IMG/VR virus record: IMGVR_UViG_3300028423_000861
Coordinates: 77,984-141,983 of that record
Source: a virus
DNA: 64,000 nucleotides
Reading direction: 5' to 3' (one strand)
Shown: piece by piece, positions 48,410 to 58,612 of the stretch
How positions within the stretch are numbered: position 1 is the first letter of the stretch
Layout: each line of letters starts with the position of its first letter
Notes under the pieces: model-generated
The model's database searches: none
Told to the model about the DNA's origin: nothing
What the model saw: the letters and a program-made list of their open reading frames with translations, nothing else
Made by a program: the position numbers and the translations under genes

Positions 48410-48646
48410 TCAATCAAGATTTTTAGACTTGTCTTTGAGATGTCTCTTACGTGCCGCCGCTTTTGCCTTTTTGCGTTTTTCGCTAGGCTTTTCATAATAG
48501 CGACGTTCACGCAATTCCTTGAACACGCCTTCGCCCTGCATGATTTTCTTTAGGCGGCGCATTGCTTGATTCACATTGTTATCTCTAACTTCTACTCGTG
48601 TGCCACGAGGTCCTTCTTTTTTCTCGTTAGGGTTCTTACGAGCCAT
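48410..48646 (-). CDS. rpsU: 30S ribosomal protein bS21
   Basis: [21 protein letters not shown]. Confidence 0.95.
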   Translation of the reverse strand: MARKNPNEKKEGPRGTRVEVRDNNVNQAMRRLKKIMQGEGVFKELRERRYYEKPSEKRKKAKAAARKRHLKDKSKNLD

Positions 48647-49157
48647 CTTTTTTACCTCTTAAATTTGCTGTAATTCGGTTGCCACTGAACTGTGGCTTGC
48701 CGTCAAGTTCAGACATTTCAACAGTATCAAGAACACGATTTATAATATCATATCCGATATCTGTATGCTGCCTCTCACGTCCGCGAAACTGGACTAGAAT
48801 TTTAACCTTGTTTCCTTTTTTTAGAAAACGTTCAATATTTCGGCATTTGGTTTCAAAGTCATGATCGTCAATATTGGGCTTGAACTGAACTTCCTTTGTC
48901 GTTACACGGCTTTCTCTTTGTGCACGTTCGGCTTCTTTTTGTTTTTGTTTTTGCTCATAACGATATTTGCCGAGCTCTAAAATTTTACAAATAGGAGGAT
49001 CAGTTTGCTCATTGATCATGACCAAATCTAATCCAGCCGCTTCTGCTTGATCCAATGCCTTTTTTGTAGGAAGCACCGAAGCCCCTGATTCAGTTACAAG
49101 ACGCACATTTGGATGGCGTATGTCCTGATTGGCCAAAATACGTGACCCTTTTTTCAT
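48636..49157 (-). CDS. infC: translation initiation factor IF3
   Basis: [27 protein letters not shown]. Confidence 0.95.
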   Translation of the reverse strand: MKKGSRILANQDIRHPNVRLVTESGASVLPTKKALDQAEAAGLDLVMINEQTDPPICKILELGKYRYEQKQKQKEAERAQRESRVTTKEVQFKPNIDDHDFETKCRNIERFLKKGNKVKILVQFRGRERQHTDIGYDIINRVLDTVEMSELDGKPQFSGNRITANLRGKKDGS

Positions 49158-49202
49158 GCTGATATGTTTGAACCTTTCATGTGGATATATTTAGTCAATA
49201 TA

Positions 49203-49637
49203 TTATGATTTTTCAAGTTCGTCAACCAAGAATTTTTCAATACTTTCAAGTGAATCAAATATCTGTATTTGATAACTGTTAAGCAAAGAAATCATAGCAG
49301 TGCAGTTTTTGCTTTCTGATACCCAGAACACAAGAGAACGATTGTTGTATTCAACTTGCATTGCAAGAAACACCTCCTCAATGGTAACACGATCAAGATT
49401 AACAATAACCGTGCTGGCAATATCAGTCACAGCTCTATACCAAGCCGCATCTGGTTCAGTAAACCCATTTTCACCAACAAAGAATGTAATTTCCACTTCA
49501 GGAAAAAGTTTTTCATACATATCAATGTAATGTTCAGAATCTTCCAATCCCATTCCAAGTAGTAAAACACTCGGTCCGATCGTGGTAAGTCGCAGGTCAG
49601 GCGGAGTGACCGTGTAAACAGTGTTTTTGTCTGTCAT
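49203..49637 (-). CDS. hypothetical protein
   Basis: ORF track. Confidence 0.7.
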   Translation of the reverse strand: MTDKNTVYTVTPPDLRLTTIGPSVLLLGMGLEDSEHYIDMYEKLFPEVEITFFVGENGFTEPDAAWYRAVTDIASTVIVNLDRVTIEEVFLAMQVEYNNRSLVFWVSESKNCTAMISLLNSYQIQIFDSLESIEKFLVDELEKS

Positions 49638-49647
49638 TCAATAACCT

Positions 49648-51054
49648 TTAAGAATTGTTTTTTCCTGGGCGGCGGCCAGGAATTGTTGCAACACCAGCTG
49701 CCGGTCGTTGAACAGGCTGTTCTGTTTTGTCTTCGGTGTTATCAGAAATTTCTTTTTCTACAGTTATATCATCCGAATCATCATCGGATGAGTTTTCGGG
49801 CTCAACTGCATCGGTCTCTTCAACCGTCTGATCTTTGCTAATTGTTTGTTCATTATGAGTATTTTCATCTTGATTGTCAACGTTTTCTTCACAATGCAAC
49901 AGACGAATACCTGCAAGAACTAGAACAACAGCAAGCGGATCAAACACAAACACGAGAATGATAATAACCCAACGAACTGCCTTTTCAAGCAATTCAGTAT
50001 TGGTTTCACCATATACAAGCTCTGCAATATATTTTACAGGACCAACTTCAACTTCTAAAACTCGCAGTTGGCTTTCCAAATCAAATTTGTCAGTCAACAA
50101 AGTATCAATTTCATCATTTGTCTGGTCAATTATCTGCTGTTGTTCCTGGATATCATTAGAATTATCTTGAGTGGTGACGCTTACGAGTTGGTTTCTAAAC
50201 GCATTAATAGCTTCTTGTGCTCGTTCAATTTCTGCATTTGCAGATTGCTGTAATCTCTGTATTTCTTCTCTTGCTTGTTGAACAACTTGATTATCAGATT
50301 GCTGTAGACGCTCGAGCTCTTGCAATATATCTGTTCTACGATTGGAAAGTTCTTGTTCAAATTCATTTGCGAGACGAGAGGTATTCGGCCCAAAAACACC
50401 ATCAGGCTCGGCGCCAATTAGCCGCTGCAACTCCACAATGTCATCATTAGCGACAAGCTCTTCGAAACGCTCTCTGCGTTGTTCCAGACGTGAGAGTTCG
50501 TTTTGTAAAGGCTCAAGGACACCCTGTTCTTGGGAAATAATCTCTTGCTGAACTGCAATATCTCTTTCCAATCGATCTTGTATGTTGTCGATTATTTCTT
50601 CTTGTGTTTGAATCCTGGCTTGGATGTCTTGATCTGCTCTTGAAACACGGGTGTCAAAACTTTCAATAGCAAGATTAGCACGTTCAATTGTCTCTTGTCG
50701 GCGCTGTATTTCCTGGTCAATTCGTTCGATTCTAGCAGAAAGCTCACTGGATCCTGCACTTTGTTCAATGTGTGCTTTACTAAGGAAACCAAAAATACCC
50801 ATGCTAGTAATTAACATCAGAACCACAGTGGCGCTGGTTAAATAGGTTTTCATTAATGCTGGTGCTTCAGACCAGAAACTGTGCAGCCAAATAGCTGTTG
50901 TGATTTTTGCAACTTCTAGTGCAGTCCCCATGATAATCACAGGAATAACAGCCGCCGCAAAAATAGCAGTCAAACCAATGATACTGTAATATGCGGCAAC
51001 TGCGCTTACCGTTAGTGCAACGGTAACTGTCCATAATCCAAATAAAAATCTCAT
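49648..51054 (-). CDS. membrane coiled-coil protein with peptidoglycan-binding motif
   Basis: N- and C-terminal TM segments; LQRLIG...DGVFGPNT. Confidence 0.75.
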   Translation of the reverse strand: MRFLFGLWTVTVALTVSAVAAYYSIIGLTAIFAAAVIPVIIMGTALEVAKITTAIWLHSFWSEAPALMKTYLTSATVVLMLITSMGIFGFLSKAHIEQSAGSSELSARIERIDQEIQRRQETIERANLAIESFDTRVSRADQDIQARIQTQEEIIDNIQDRLERDIAVQQEIISQEQGVLEPLQNELSRLEQRRERFEELVANDDIVELQRLIGAEPDGVFGPNTSRLANEFEQELSNRRTDILQELERLQQSDNQVVQQAREEIQRLQQSANAEIERAQEAINAFRNQLVSVTTQDNSNDIQEQQQIIDQTNDEIDTLLTDKFDLESQLRVLEVEVGPVKYIAELVYGETNTELLEKAVRWVIIILVFVFDPLAVVLVLAGIRLLHCEENVDNQDENTHNEQTISKDQTVEETDAVEPENSSDDDSDDITVEKEISDNTEDKTEQPVQRPAAGVATIPGRRPGKNNS

Positions 51055-51359
51055 GAGTTATACTTTAAAGCGGCACCTTGTTCTATCAATAATTCATTGA
51101 TATTTATTAAGTGTCCTTGGTCGTCATATTTGTAGATATATCCCAAAACACGACCTATTTTGCCTTTTTTGTTATAAATTGTTTGGCAAATAAATTCTTT
51201 TGGCAGTAGTTTGATTAATGCCTGACGAGCTTCTTCTGTATTATCGATCCCGTAAAGACGAATTTTTTGTTTGATCGAAATGCCGAAGCCGAGATCAATC
51301 TCGGCTTCGATGGTATTGCCATTAATCACCCTAATCATACGACAGGAATATTCATACAT
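51051..51359 (-). CDS. thermonuclease (SNase)-like protein, catalytic motif altered
   Basis: NGNT for DGDT; RLYGID; GK.GRVLG; IN..LI.QG.A. Confidence 0.7.
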   Translation of the reverse strand: MYEYSCRMIRVINGNTIEAEIDLGFGISIKQKIRLYGIDNTEEARQALIKLLPKEFICQTIYNKKGKIGRVLGYIYKYDDQGHLININELLIEQGAALKYNS

Positions 51360-51455
51360 AGTTGGTCTGGCCTCTTTATTATTGTTTTCTTTAAATTATT
51401 TATGCCATAACCGCCTTTAAACAATCCTATTGTCAGAATTTGGGTTGTAAAAATA

Positions 51456-51992
51456 TTAATTATGCACGTAAAACTTGTGGTCTCCTAGCTGTGCAACCTC
51501 TGTGTAGACTTTATTCCAGAACGGATCTACATAATCGGCATGATAGTAAGTGCTACCATGGGTGAAATCCTGAACTTCGCCACGCAGCAATAGTTCTGCA
51601 ATAATCTCACTAAATGCCCAAGCCCGTTGTTCGAGAATATTATCGCTCGGCTTGTCACTTTTGCCATCACAATAATAACTGAACTGGCAGCGGTGTAGTG
51701 TCATTTTAGAACCATCAAGTGGTCCCTGGTGCACAACATCACAGACAGAATCGGGGAAATCTTCGTTGGCGGCGCGATTAAGAATAACGTTGCCAATTGC
51801 AGCAATACTCACACCGTCCTGGTTGCGACCTTCCCAATACAAGGCTTCAGTCATACAATACAGTTCAGACGGATCAATTTCAACTTGTGCAACAGCTGGT
51901 CGGATTTCAATACGGAGGGGTTCAGCACGGCCAGCCATTGCGACAGCCACAATAGCGGCACACTGAGCGATAAAGAATACAAACCGTAACAT
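51456..51992 (-). CDS. SleB-like cell wall hydrolase
   Basis: ALYWEGR, VILNR, FP.SVC.VV.Q, QFS, YHADYV.P.W. Confidence 0.9.
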   Translation of the reverse strand: MLRFVFFIAQCAAIVAVAMAGRAEPLRIEIRPAVAQVEIDPSELYCMTEALYWEGRNQDGVSIAAIGNVILNRAANEDFPDSVCDVVHQGPLDGSKMTLHRCQFSYYCDGKSDKPSDNILEQRAWAFSEIIAELLLRGEVQDFTHGSTYYHADYVDPFWNKVYTEVAQLGDHKFYVHN

Positions 51993-52071
51993 TTCTGCCT
52001 CGTTTTTTTGTTTCAACAAAATTAACTTAGCAAGACGTCTTGGCAAGGTCAATACTTATATCTGCAATTTA

Positions 52072-52557
52072 TCAAGTATTGTTTTTCTGCAACGAAATGT
52101 CTCGGAAAACATTCACTGTCAGAGGAATCGGGTCGGCAGATCCCATCAGTTCAGCCATGGTAATATCATAATCTTCGTCATATGGAATATATGTTATGTG
52201 TCCAAAGATATGATCTTTTTCTTCTTCCTCTAACATACAATTGTAAATCCAATCAATGATGCGTTTGCGCGGATCCCGTTCACAGTTTGAAATCCAGTAA
52301 TACCATGCTGGAGATTTTCGCGATGCGACGTAACACAATGCAATAGGAACATCATTATCAAAAATCATACTCCAGCCAACGTCGGTATCAGTGCAAGTCC
52401 ATTGAATTAGACCAACTTCACGAAATTTGCCTGCGGCATGGTTGTAGTGATCAAAATTGACAGGAAAATCAAAATCTCCACTATCAAGCAGTGCTTCCAT
52501 ATCAGGAACCCTGCCAGGCTGCTTTCGTGCCCACTCAATAATCTCTTGAAATTTCAT
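52072..52557 (-). CDS. hypothetical protein
   Basis: W.CTDT.VG motif. Confidence 0.7.
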   Translation of the reverse strand: MKFQEIIEWARKQPGRVPDMEALLDSGDFDFPVNFDHYNHAAGKFREVGLIQWTCTDTDVGWSMIFDNDVPIALCYVASRKSPAWYYWISNCERDPRKRIIDWIYNCMLEEEEKDHIFGHITYIPYDEDYDITMAELMGSADPIPLTVNVFRDISLQKNNT

Positions 52558-52876
52558 CTCGAACCTCTAGATATTTCCTGAGAAGTTTTTCGATATTATC
52601 ACGACCTACTGGATTCTGACTGTGAACATAGAAATCAAACCCGCGTGGTAGACGAAATTCATCGTCACCATCTAGGTCAAGATCAACAAGAAATTTGGCA
52701 ATATCATAACCAGTGTGGATATCTTCACCAAGATCATGATCAAAACTAATAAACCCAGGCATGCCATGGACACGCAATGCCGTCATAACGTCACGCCAAT
52801 CGCGAGCAACAATCCAATACCTGCCATCATTACGAGGCGGATCTCGCTCGTCATCTATAAACAAACTGTATCGCAT
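52535..52876 (-). CDS. cyclic-phosphate-processing receiver domain protein
   Basis: LFIDDER, ISFDHDLG, TGYD, HSQNPVG. Confidence 0.85.
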   Translation of the reverse strand: MRYSLFIDDERDPPRNDGRYWIVARDWRDVMTALRVHGMPGFISFDHDLGEDIHTGYDIAKFLVDLDLDGDDEFRLPRGFDFYVHSQNPVGRDNIEKLLRKYLEVRDEISRDY

Positions 52877-52887
52877 GATTTGCTCTG

Positions 52888-53295
52888 TTATAAGGTTGCT
52901 ACAAAGAAAACAATTGTGGCAAGTATTGCCCATCCAGCAAAAATTTGAATCTTTATATTACGTAAAGTCCGTTCAGAATCTTTTTTGATTTGTTCTTTTT
53001 CTTGTTCGGATTTTTCAAGTTTTTGCTCTAGAACGGAAAGATCATTTAATGCTTGTTGCTTTTCCCGGTTGGTTTTTGCATTTTGGTGGTTGATTTCTGC
53101 AACCTTTTTTTCATGCTCTTCCAATGTGATAGCATCTGGTTGCTCTTGTGTCTTGGTCGATTTTTCCACACGAGGCAAAACCAATTCGCCTTGTCCTCGG
53201 TAAATTTTCTTTGCTTGATCAAGACAAGCAAGCCTTTCGCGATCATCCGAAGATTGCATCGCTCTTTCAATTAGAGTTACCACGACGTTTGGCAT
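52888..53295 (-). CDS. coiled-coil membrane-anchored protein
   Basis: C-terminal TM segment. Confidence 0.65.
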   Translation of the reverse strand: MPNVVVTLIERAMQSSDDRERLACLDQAKKIYRGQGELVLPRVEKSTKTQEQPDAITLEEHEKKVAEINHQNAKTNREKQQALNDLSVLEQKLEKSEQEKEQIKKDSERTLRNIKIQIFAGWAILATIVFFVATL

Positions 53296-53319
53296 AACTT
53301 TCCCTTCTAGTAAAACTAT

Positions 53320-53634
53320 TTAGTCTACTTCAGGAAATAGCATTTTCACATGTTCGGTAGCACGTGAAATCTGTCGTGGTGTCCACATTTTAGTTGCAAT
53401 TTTATCAGCAACGTCAAGGCTGTCTCCTCGCAGTGCAACACTTTCCTTTGCAACATTAAAAAGCTGACGCTTGTTCAGATTTTCAAAATCATTCATTGCC
53501 TCAGGCAGAACAGCCTGGTCATTGTGGAACCGTGGATTCGCAAGTGCAAACAAGGTGATTTCCTGTTGACCCATTGGAACAACCACTTTTGCCAGAATGC
53601 GATGCTTACCATCATCACAGAGTTTAGAACGCAT
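53320..53634 (-). CDS. hypothetical protein
   Basis: GAGG SD; sigma70-like promoter at ~53670-53697. Confidence 0.65.
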   Translation of the reverse strand: MRSKLCDDGKHRILAKVVVPMGQQEITLFALANPRFHNDQAVLPEAMNDFENLNKRQLFNVAKESVALRGDSLDVADKIATKMWTPRQISRATEHVKMLFPEVD

Positions 53635-53707
53635 GTCAATATTCCTCTTGGAGTTTGTTAATACCAAGACTATATGGCAATAAGCTTCGGTTGTCAATCA
53701 AGAAAGT

Positions 53708-55324
53708 TTACTCGTATCCAATCACACTAAGATACGTGAATCTTGTAGTCCATACCGTCTCGTCGTCCTCACCACGAACTCTGAATAGCAAGCGATTATT
53801 GTCAATAGTGATCGATACGTCATACTCATCATTCTGTGTATTTTGGTTATAGACTTTCGTAGGTTCAAGATAAAGATTGAGCCCAGGGTCTTCATCTTCA
53901 CGCTGAACCAGCCCTTCAATTTTGAATGCAATTGAATTATCATTTGAATCATCATCCCTTGCGACTGCGGTAAATTCGAAAAACCAAGTGGTATATTGAT
54001 CTGGTTTTAATCGTTCGCTTGCAAATTCAACCTCTGTCCAATTATTTTCATCTGCTTTGAAGGTCTTTATGTACTTTCCTTCATTATTAGAAGAACTTGT
54101 TGTCGTAGATGTTTGATTCGTTGTGCTGCTATCAACATTTGTAATTTCAACAGTAACAGGCTGGCCAGTTTCTGCTGCCTCTGCTTCGGCCTGTGCTGTT
54201 GTAGTTGGATTGGTCGGAAGACCGCCTGCGTTATAGCCAGGCTGATCGATATTTTCAGGAACAGAACCCACACTCGTATTCTGGTCTTCTTGCGATACTA
54301 CTTTTGTAAATCCTATTACTTCACCACAATAGTTATACACTGGTTGACGTTCTGAAACTTCAGGAGTAGGATCAGGTGTTCTGCGCAAAATACGCATGAG
54401 GTCATCATCTACAAAAAGTTCAAAGATGTTATTGTAAACATTGCCATCGTTGTCTTCAACTTGGTAACTTCCCAATTGCTGATATGATGCCCAAAGACTG
54501 CTACCACCTGCAACTGCGCCGCTGATGCCCTCATCATTTGCGTTGAAGAGAACGCCTATTCCTGTGTTTGTGCTTCTTGGCTGCTCTGCTAGGTCAGAAC
54601 CACCATTATTATAAGATGTTTGCACATTGTTTTCACGGTCAATCAGATCATTTAGATCATTTGCAATGCTCTCGGCTTCAACAATGATTGAATTGACAAA
54701 AGATTCACTTGCTGTTCCATTGATAACATTATTGTAATTGTCTGCAATGCTTTTCATAATACCGCTTTGCCAAACACCTGTATTGAATGCGCCATCTATC
54801 AAACAGCCGCCTATTTCATCAGGAACAATTGTTCCGATGCGATCAATCAATGATTTGCCCGCACCCAAGAACGTTTCCATGGCATTTTCAAGAACATTGG
54901 GTATTTGCACTGGGTCAACAGGTGACGAACAAAAATTAATCATGTTTGCGATATTCGTAACCTCAGCAAGCACATTGTTTACTCGTCCAAGAACCGAGTC
55001 CAATTTGGTGTGATCAAGAAAACTATCCATGGCACTATCAAGACTACTCAAGGCATCATAGAGAGTCTGCTGCATTGAGCTAATTCCTGCGCCAAGCAAT
55101 TGCTTGAGATTAAGACTAATACAAATCTGTATATTAGGCAGTTTTAAGCCCCGGCCTGCTAGCAGCGAGCAAATAATTTCTTTCAGTGAAGAATCCAATT
55201 CTGCACTAACTACGAAACGACCAATATCTGCTGCGCTTCCTGACAATTGTGCGTTAAGTGAGTTTTGTGAACTCAAATACTGGGTTGCGTCTGTCAAACC
55301 ATTTGGAAAATCTGTAAATGCCAT
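53708..55324 (-). CDS. putative virion/baseplate-associated protein
   Basis: coupled to PAAR gene; composition. Confidence 0.55.
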   Translation of the reverse strand: MAFTDFPNGLTDATQYLSSQNSLNAQLSGSAADIGRFVVSAELDSSLKEIICSLLAGRGLKLPNIQICISLNLKQLLGAGISSMQQTLYDALSSLDSAMDSFLDHTKLDSVLGRVNNVLAEVTNIANMINFCSSPVDPVQIPNVLENAMETFLGAGKSLIDRIGTIVPDEIGGCLIDGAFNTGVWQSGIMKSIADNYNNVINGTASESFVNSIIVEAESIANDLNDLIDRENNVQTSYNNGGSDLAEQPRSTNTGIGVLFNANDEGISGAVAGGSSLWASYQQLGSYQVEDNDGNVYNNIFELFVDDDLMRILRRTPDPTPEVSERQPVYNYCGEVIGFTKVVSQEDQNTSVGSVPENIDQPGYNAGGLPTNPTTTAQAEAEAAETGQPVTVEITNVDSSTTNQTSTTTSSSNNEGKYIKTFKADENNWTEVEFASERLKPDQYTTWFFEFTAVARDDDSNDNSIAFKIEGLVQREDEDPGLNLYLEPTKVYNQNTQNDEYDVSITIDNNRLLFRVRGEDDETVWTTRFTYLSVIGYE

Positions 55325-56259
55325 TATGTTCCTCGATAATACTGATTAATACTGTCAACAGTGATTGGCCCAGAGCCACTTGCTGAGCGCCATCCTGGAT
55401 TTTGATCCCAGGCCGGTGTTCCAATACCATATACCACTTCTCCACCGCTGCGACTTGCATAGGCAGGAGCGGCTTGCATCATTCCTAGTGAATTTTCTGA
55501 GTTGTAGTTCCAACGGTCAAGATATTTGCCGTATGTGTTGAGCTGTTGTGCCGGTGTTTGTGCACGAATCTGATCTGTGCTATAACCAATTTCTCTTGCA
55601 CTGTCAGGCATCAACTGGAATAGTCCTGTTGCTCCACTTGAATTCTGTACTTGAGGATCAAAGTTACTTTCACCATTGATAATCTGATAGAGCTCTGTGC
55701 GGTCAAGATTAGGATAGCGTGATTCAAGTTCGGCCAGTTCACGCTGCCATTCTGGATCATTCTCTAGTGCGTCAATGCGCTCCAAATCTTCATCGCTAAA
55801 TGCAGATCTATCAAATCCATCTTGACCAGCTGGATCAGTATACTCGTCAGCAAGTTCTTCTTGTGTTTGAGCATTGGGGTCTGGCTCAGAAGGTGCTGCA
55901 CTCACTGTTTCTGTAGGTGCACTTGATGATGGCGGTTGGCTTCCTCCTGTGCCACCTGAGCTAGACCCATTACATGCAAACACATTTGAGCTTGCCCCCA
56001 CACTTTTTGGATTGCAATGAGGCGGACGGGGACAGTATGAATCAGGGCTGGCTGAACTACCACGCAGAACAACTTTCCTATTGTTTATGTAAACTGTTCC
56101 ATCATTTACCGTCGCACCTAGAGAACCACCACCATGCGAGTTTGGATCTCCTTGCACACTGGCAAGAAGATTATTCACATAAACATTACTTTGTCCTCGA
56201 ACTATGGTTGATGCACCACATGATCTAGAGTCACTGTGACGGTGAACAGGAACATTCAT
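55324..56259 (-). CDS. PAAR-like spike tip fused to lytic transglycosylase domain
   Basis: N-terminal VHR..D...CG / NV.VN repeats; C-terminal ESNF.P, ATGLFQLMP. Confidence 0.8.
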   Translation of the reverse strand: MNVPVHRHSDSRSCGASTIVRGQSNVYVNNLLASVQGDPNSHGGGSLGATVNDGTVYINNRKVVLRGSSASPDSYCPRPPHCNPKSVGASSNVFACNGSSSGGTGGSQPPSSSAPTETVSAAPSEPDPNAQTQEELADEYTDPAGQDGFDRSAFSDEDLERIDALENDPEWQRELAELESRYPNLDRTELYQIINGESNFDPQVQNSSGATGLFQLMPDSAREIGYSTDQIRAQTPAQQLNTYGKYLDRWNYNSENSLGMMQAAPAYASRSGGEVVYGIGTPAWDQNPGWRSASGSGPITVDSINQYYRGT

Positions 56260-56280
56260 TACTATCTCCTACAGAGATAT

Positions 56281-56616
56281 TTATGTAGTGATCAAACCAG
56301 GATTTGTGTTCTGTCCTGCTGAAAAATCAAATCCGCTAGTTTGTTTCATATAGACATCACGGAATTGATCACTTGTTTTCATTACAGAAATAACAGTGAC
56401 TTTATTGAAAGAGATATTGTCATTTGCATCATGCAGATAATTACTAGACATCACAAATGGAGCAAGTCCAATACCTTGTTCCATTGGCACAGGAACAACT
56501 GGCTTTCGTAATGTAAGCTCGTTGTCGTTATCTTCAACAAAATATCCAATAACTTCTTCACCTGATACTAATTTTGCTGTTACTACTGTGTTTGGTTGGT
56601 GTTTGGTTTTAAGCAT
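56281..56616 (-). CDS. hypothetical phage protein
   Basis: KLVSGEEVI. Confidence 0.7.
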   Translation of the reverse strand: MLKTKHQPNTVVTAKLVSGEEVIGYFVEDNDNELTLRKPVVPVPMEQGIGLAPFVMSSNYLHDANDNISFNKVTVISVMKTSDQFRDVYMKQTSGFDFSAGQNTNPGLITT

Positions 56617-56627
56617 AACTTTCCTTT

Positions 56628-56885
56628 TTAAATTGATGAGCTTCCAGTAAACATATTATGATCTTCATAATAGTTATAGAGTTCATTGTATCCGCCTACG
56701 TATTCTCCATTAAGGAAAATCTGAGGGACAGTTCTCGCGCCCGGGACCGCCTCAAGTAACTGTTCTTTTGACCATTCTTCAGACATAATATTTCGCTCTT
56801 CATATTTAATCCCATTGTTTTCAAGCAATGCTTTTGCCTTATCACAATAAGGGCAGCCGTTCATACTCCATACGATTGCTGTCAT
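56628..56885 (-). CDS. glutaredoxin
   Basis: CPYC, TVPQIF, GGY. Confidence 0.95.
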   Translation of the reverse strand: MTAIVWSMNGCPYCDKAKALLENNGIKYEERNIMSEEWSKEQLLEAVPGARTVPQIFLNGEYVGGYNELYNYYEDHNMFTGSSSI

Positions 56886-56894
56886 TTTATACTC

Positions 56895-57326
56895 CTATAT
56901 TTCATAAACAAAAACTTCATAATCTTTTAGAAGCTCTTCTACTAGAACTTTTACTTGTTCCCACTTTAATCCACCAAGTCCGCATCCAATTTTTGGCATT
57001 GCGATACTCTGGTAGTTATTATTTTCCATAAAATCACCAATTTCCGCTAAACAATATCCTACCGCCGTGAGATCAGCATATTGTTTCCCATCATATCCAT
57101 AGTTTTGTTGTGTAAACGCATTGACCCAAATATGTCCTGCATGGGCAACAAACTGGCAAGTGCCTAGAACTTTTGGTTCATGTGCCAGATATGCTTCACG
57201 TATTTCAGGATATTTACGACGAATGGCACCTGCCACACCGCTCCCAAAGCCACCAGAACAATTGCATCCATGTGCAATTAACTCCTGATTTGCTTGAGTA
57301 ACATCACCTTTCACATAATGAATCAT
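56895..57326 (-). CDS. macro domain protein
   Basis: GD, HGCNC.G.FGSGVA, PKIGCGLGG. Confidence 0.9.
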   Translation of the reverse strand: MIHYVKGDVTQANQELIAHGCNCSGGFGSGVAGAIRRKYPEIREAYLAHEPKVLGTCQFVAHAGHIWVNAFTQQNYGYDGKQYADLTAVGYCLAEIGDFMENNNYQSIAMPKIGCGLGGLKWEQVKVLVEELLKDYEVFVYEI

Positions 57327-58110
57327 GTGTTGCTTTTATCCTTTCTTGAATAATATCGCAATAGTCCTGATCAATTTCACTTATCACAAAATTTCTATTC
57401 AATCGTATTGCAGCCTCTGCCGTTGTGCCACTGCCACCAAATGGATCGTATACTAGATCATTTTCATTACTCCACGAACGGATTTGGTCTTGGGCAAATT
57501 CAAGACTGAACATAGCAGGGTGCCCCCATTTTTTAGCCGTGCGTTCTTGGCCTGCTGTGTTAACAATCCAAACATTATGTCGCATTCCGTATTCTCTGTT
57601 AATTTTTTGTTTACGAATACTTTTGCTTCCGTCACGATTGGTTACCGTGTTCTCACCAAATGAACCAGGCTTTCCTCCGTATACGTTTTTACGATCAATA
57701 ATTGGATTGAACGTCTTGGGTTGACCCTTGCTTAGAATAAAAACGTATTCAAATACCTGGTGATAGCGATTACGGCTTGGATTACTAAAATTGCTTTTTT
57801 GCCAAATCATAGTATCATGGAGATTTAGTCCATATTTGTCCATAAAATGCAAAGCTTGTCGAAAACTATTTCCTGTTTCACTGCCCTTTACTGTTTGGTC
57901 ACCAATATTCCATACTATAACACCGCCAGGCTTGAGGACCCTTGTCAATTCACTCGCTGTCTGGTCAAAAACTTCCCATCCCCACCTAATCGAATCATTA
58001 TATGTTCGTAAATCATCATAAGGAGGACTAGTTAAAACCATATCAACAGAATCATCTGCTAAATTTTCTTTCATTGCTGTTACAGCATCATTATGTATTA
58101 TATCAGTCAT
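57304..58110 (-). CDS. DNA N4/N6 methyltransferase (beta class)
   Basis: TSPPY, HPA.F, DPFGGSGTT. Confidence 0.9.
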   Translation of the reverse strand: MTDIIHNDAVTAMKENLADDSVDMVLTSPPYDDLRTYNDSIRWGWEVFDQTASELTRVLKPGGVIVWNIGDQTVKGSETGNSFRQALHFMDKYGLNLHDTMIWQKSNFSNPSRNRYHQVFEYVFILSKGQPKTFNPIIDRKNVYGGKPGSFGENTVTNRDGSKSIRKQKINREYGMRHNVWIVNTAGQERTAKKWGHPAMFSLEFAQDQIRSWSNENDLVYDPFGGSGTTAEAAIRLNRNFVISEIDQDYCDIIQERIKATHDSLCER

Positions 58111-58384
58111 CAAAAGTCTTGGTTTCTTGTTTACCACCAAACATCATTTTAAACATGGTAGCGTGTTCATCATCTTTAAAAAAATATGTCCATTTTGCAA
58201 AAGCAGGATGGCATTCGGCTTGAAATGGAATATCCTGAGTATCATACCACAAGTGTATTTCATTGATTTGATTTATTGCCTCAAGCATAGAAAGTGTTAC
58301 CCTATATGGAAACACCGAACTCAATTCCGCATATCTTTGAAGCCTATTAGGATGATCAATGTGAGTCAATAGAACAGTCTCCAT
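58103..58384 (-). CDS. hypothetical protein
   Basis: ATMFKM C-terminal motif. Confidence 0.55.
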   Translation of the reverse strand: METVLLTHIDHPNRLQRYAELSSVFPYRVTLSMLEAINQINEIHLWYDTQDIPFQAECHPAFAKWTYFFKDDEHATMFKMMFGGKQETKTFDD

Positions 58385-58612
58385 CAGGATTGATTGGCAT
58401 TGGAAACTTCTCCCATTTCCATTTACCAAATTTATATACCATGCACATACGTCCTTTTTTTATTTCCAACGTAACAGGGCATATATAATTTCTTTTGAAT
58501 GTGAATGGACTACGAAAAGTCCAGAAGGTGGATCGGTCGTTAACAACACGACGGATCCAAGCCTCCTGGTGTTCCTCGCCAAGATCATTTCTGATATTCG
58601 CGAATAGTTTCA

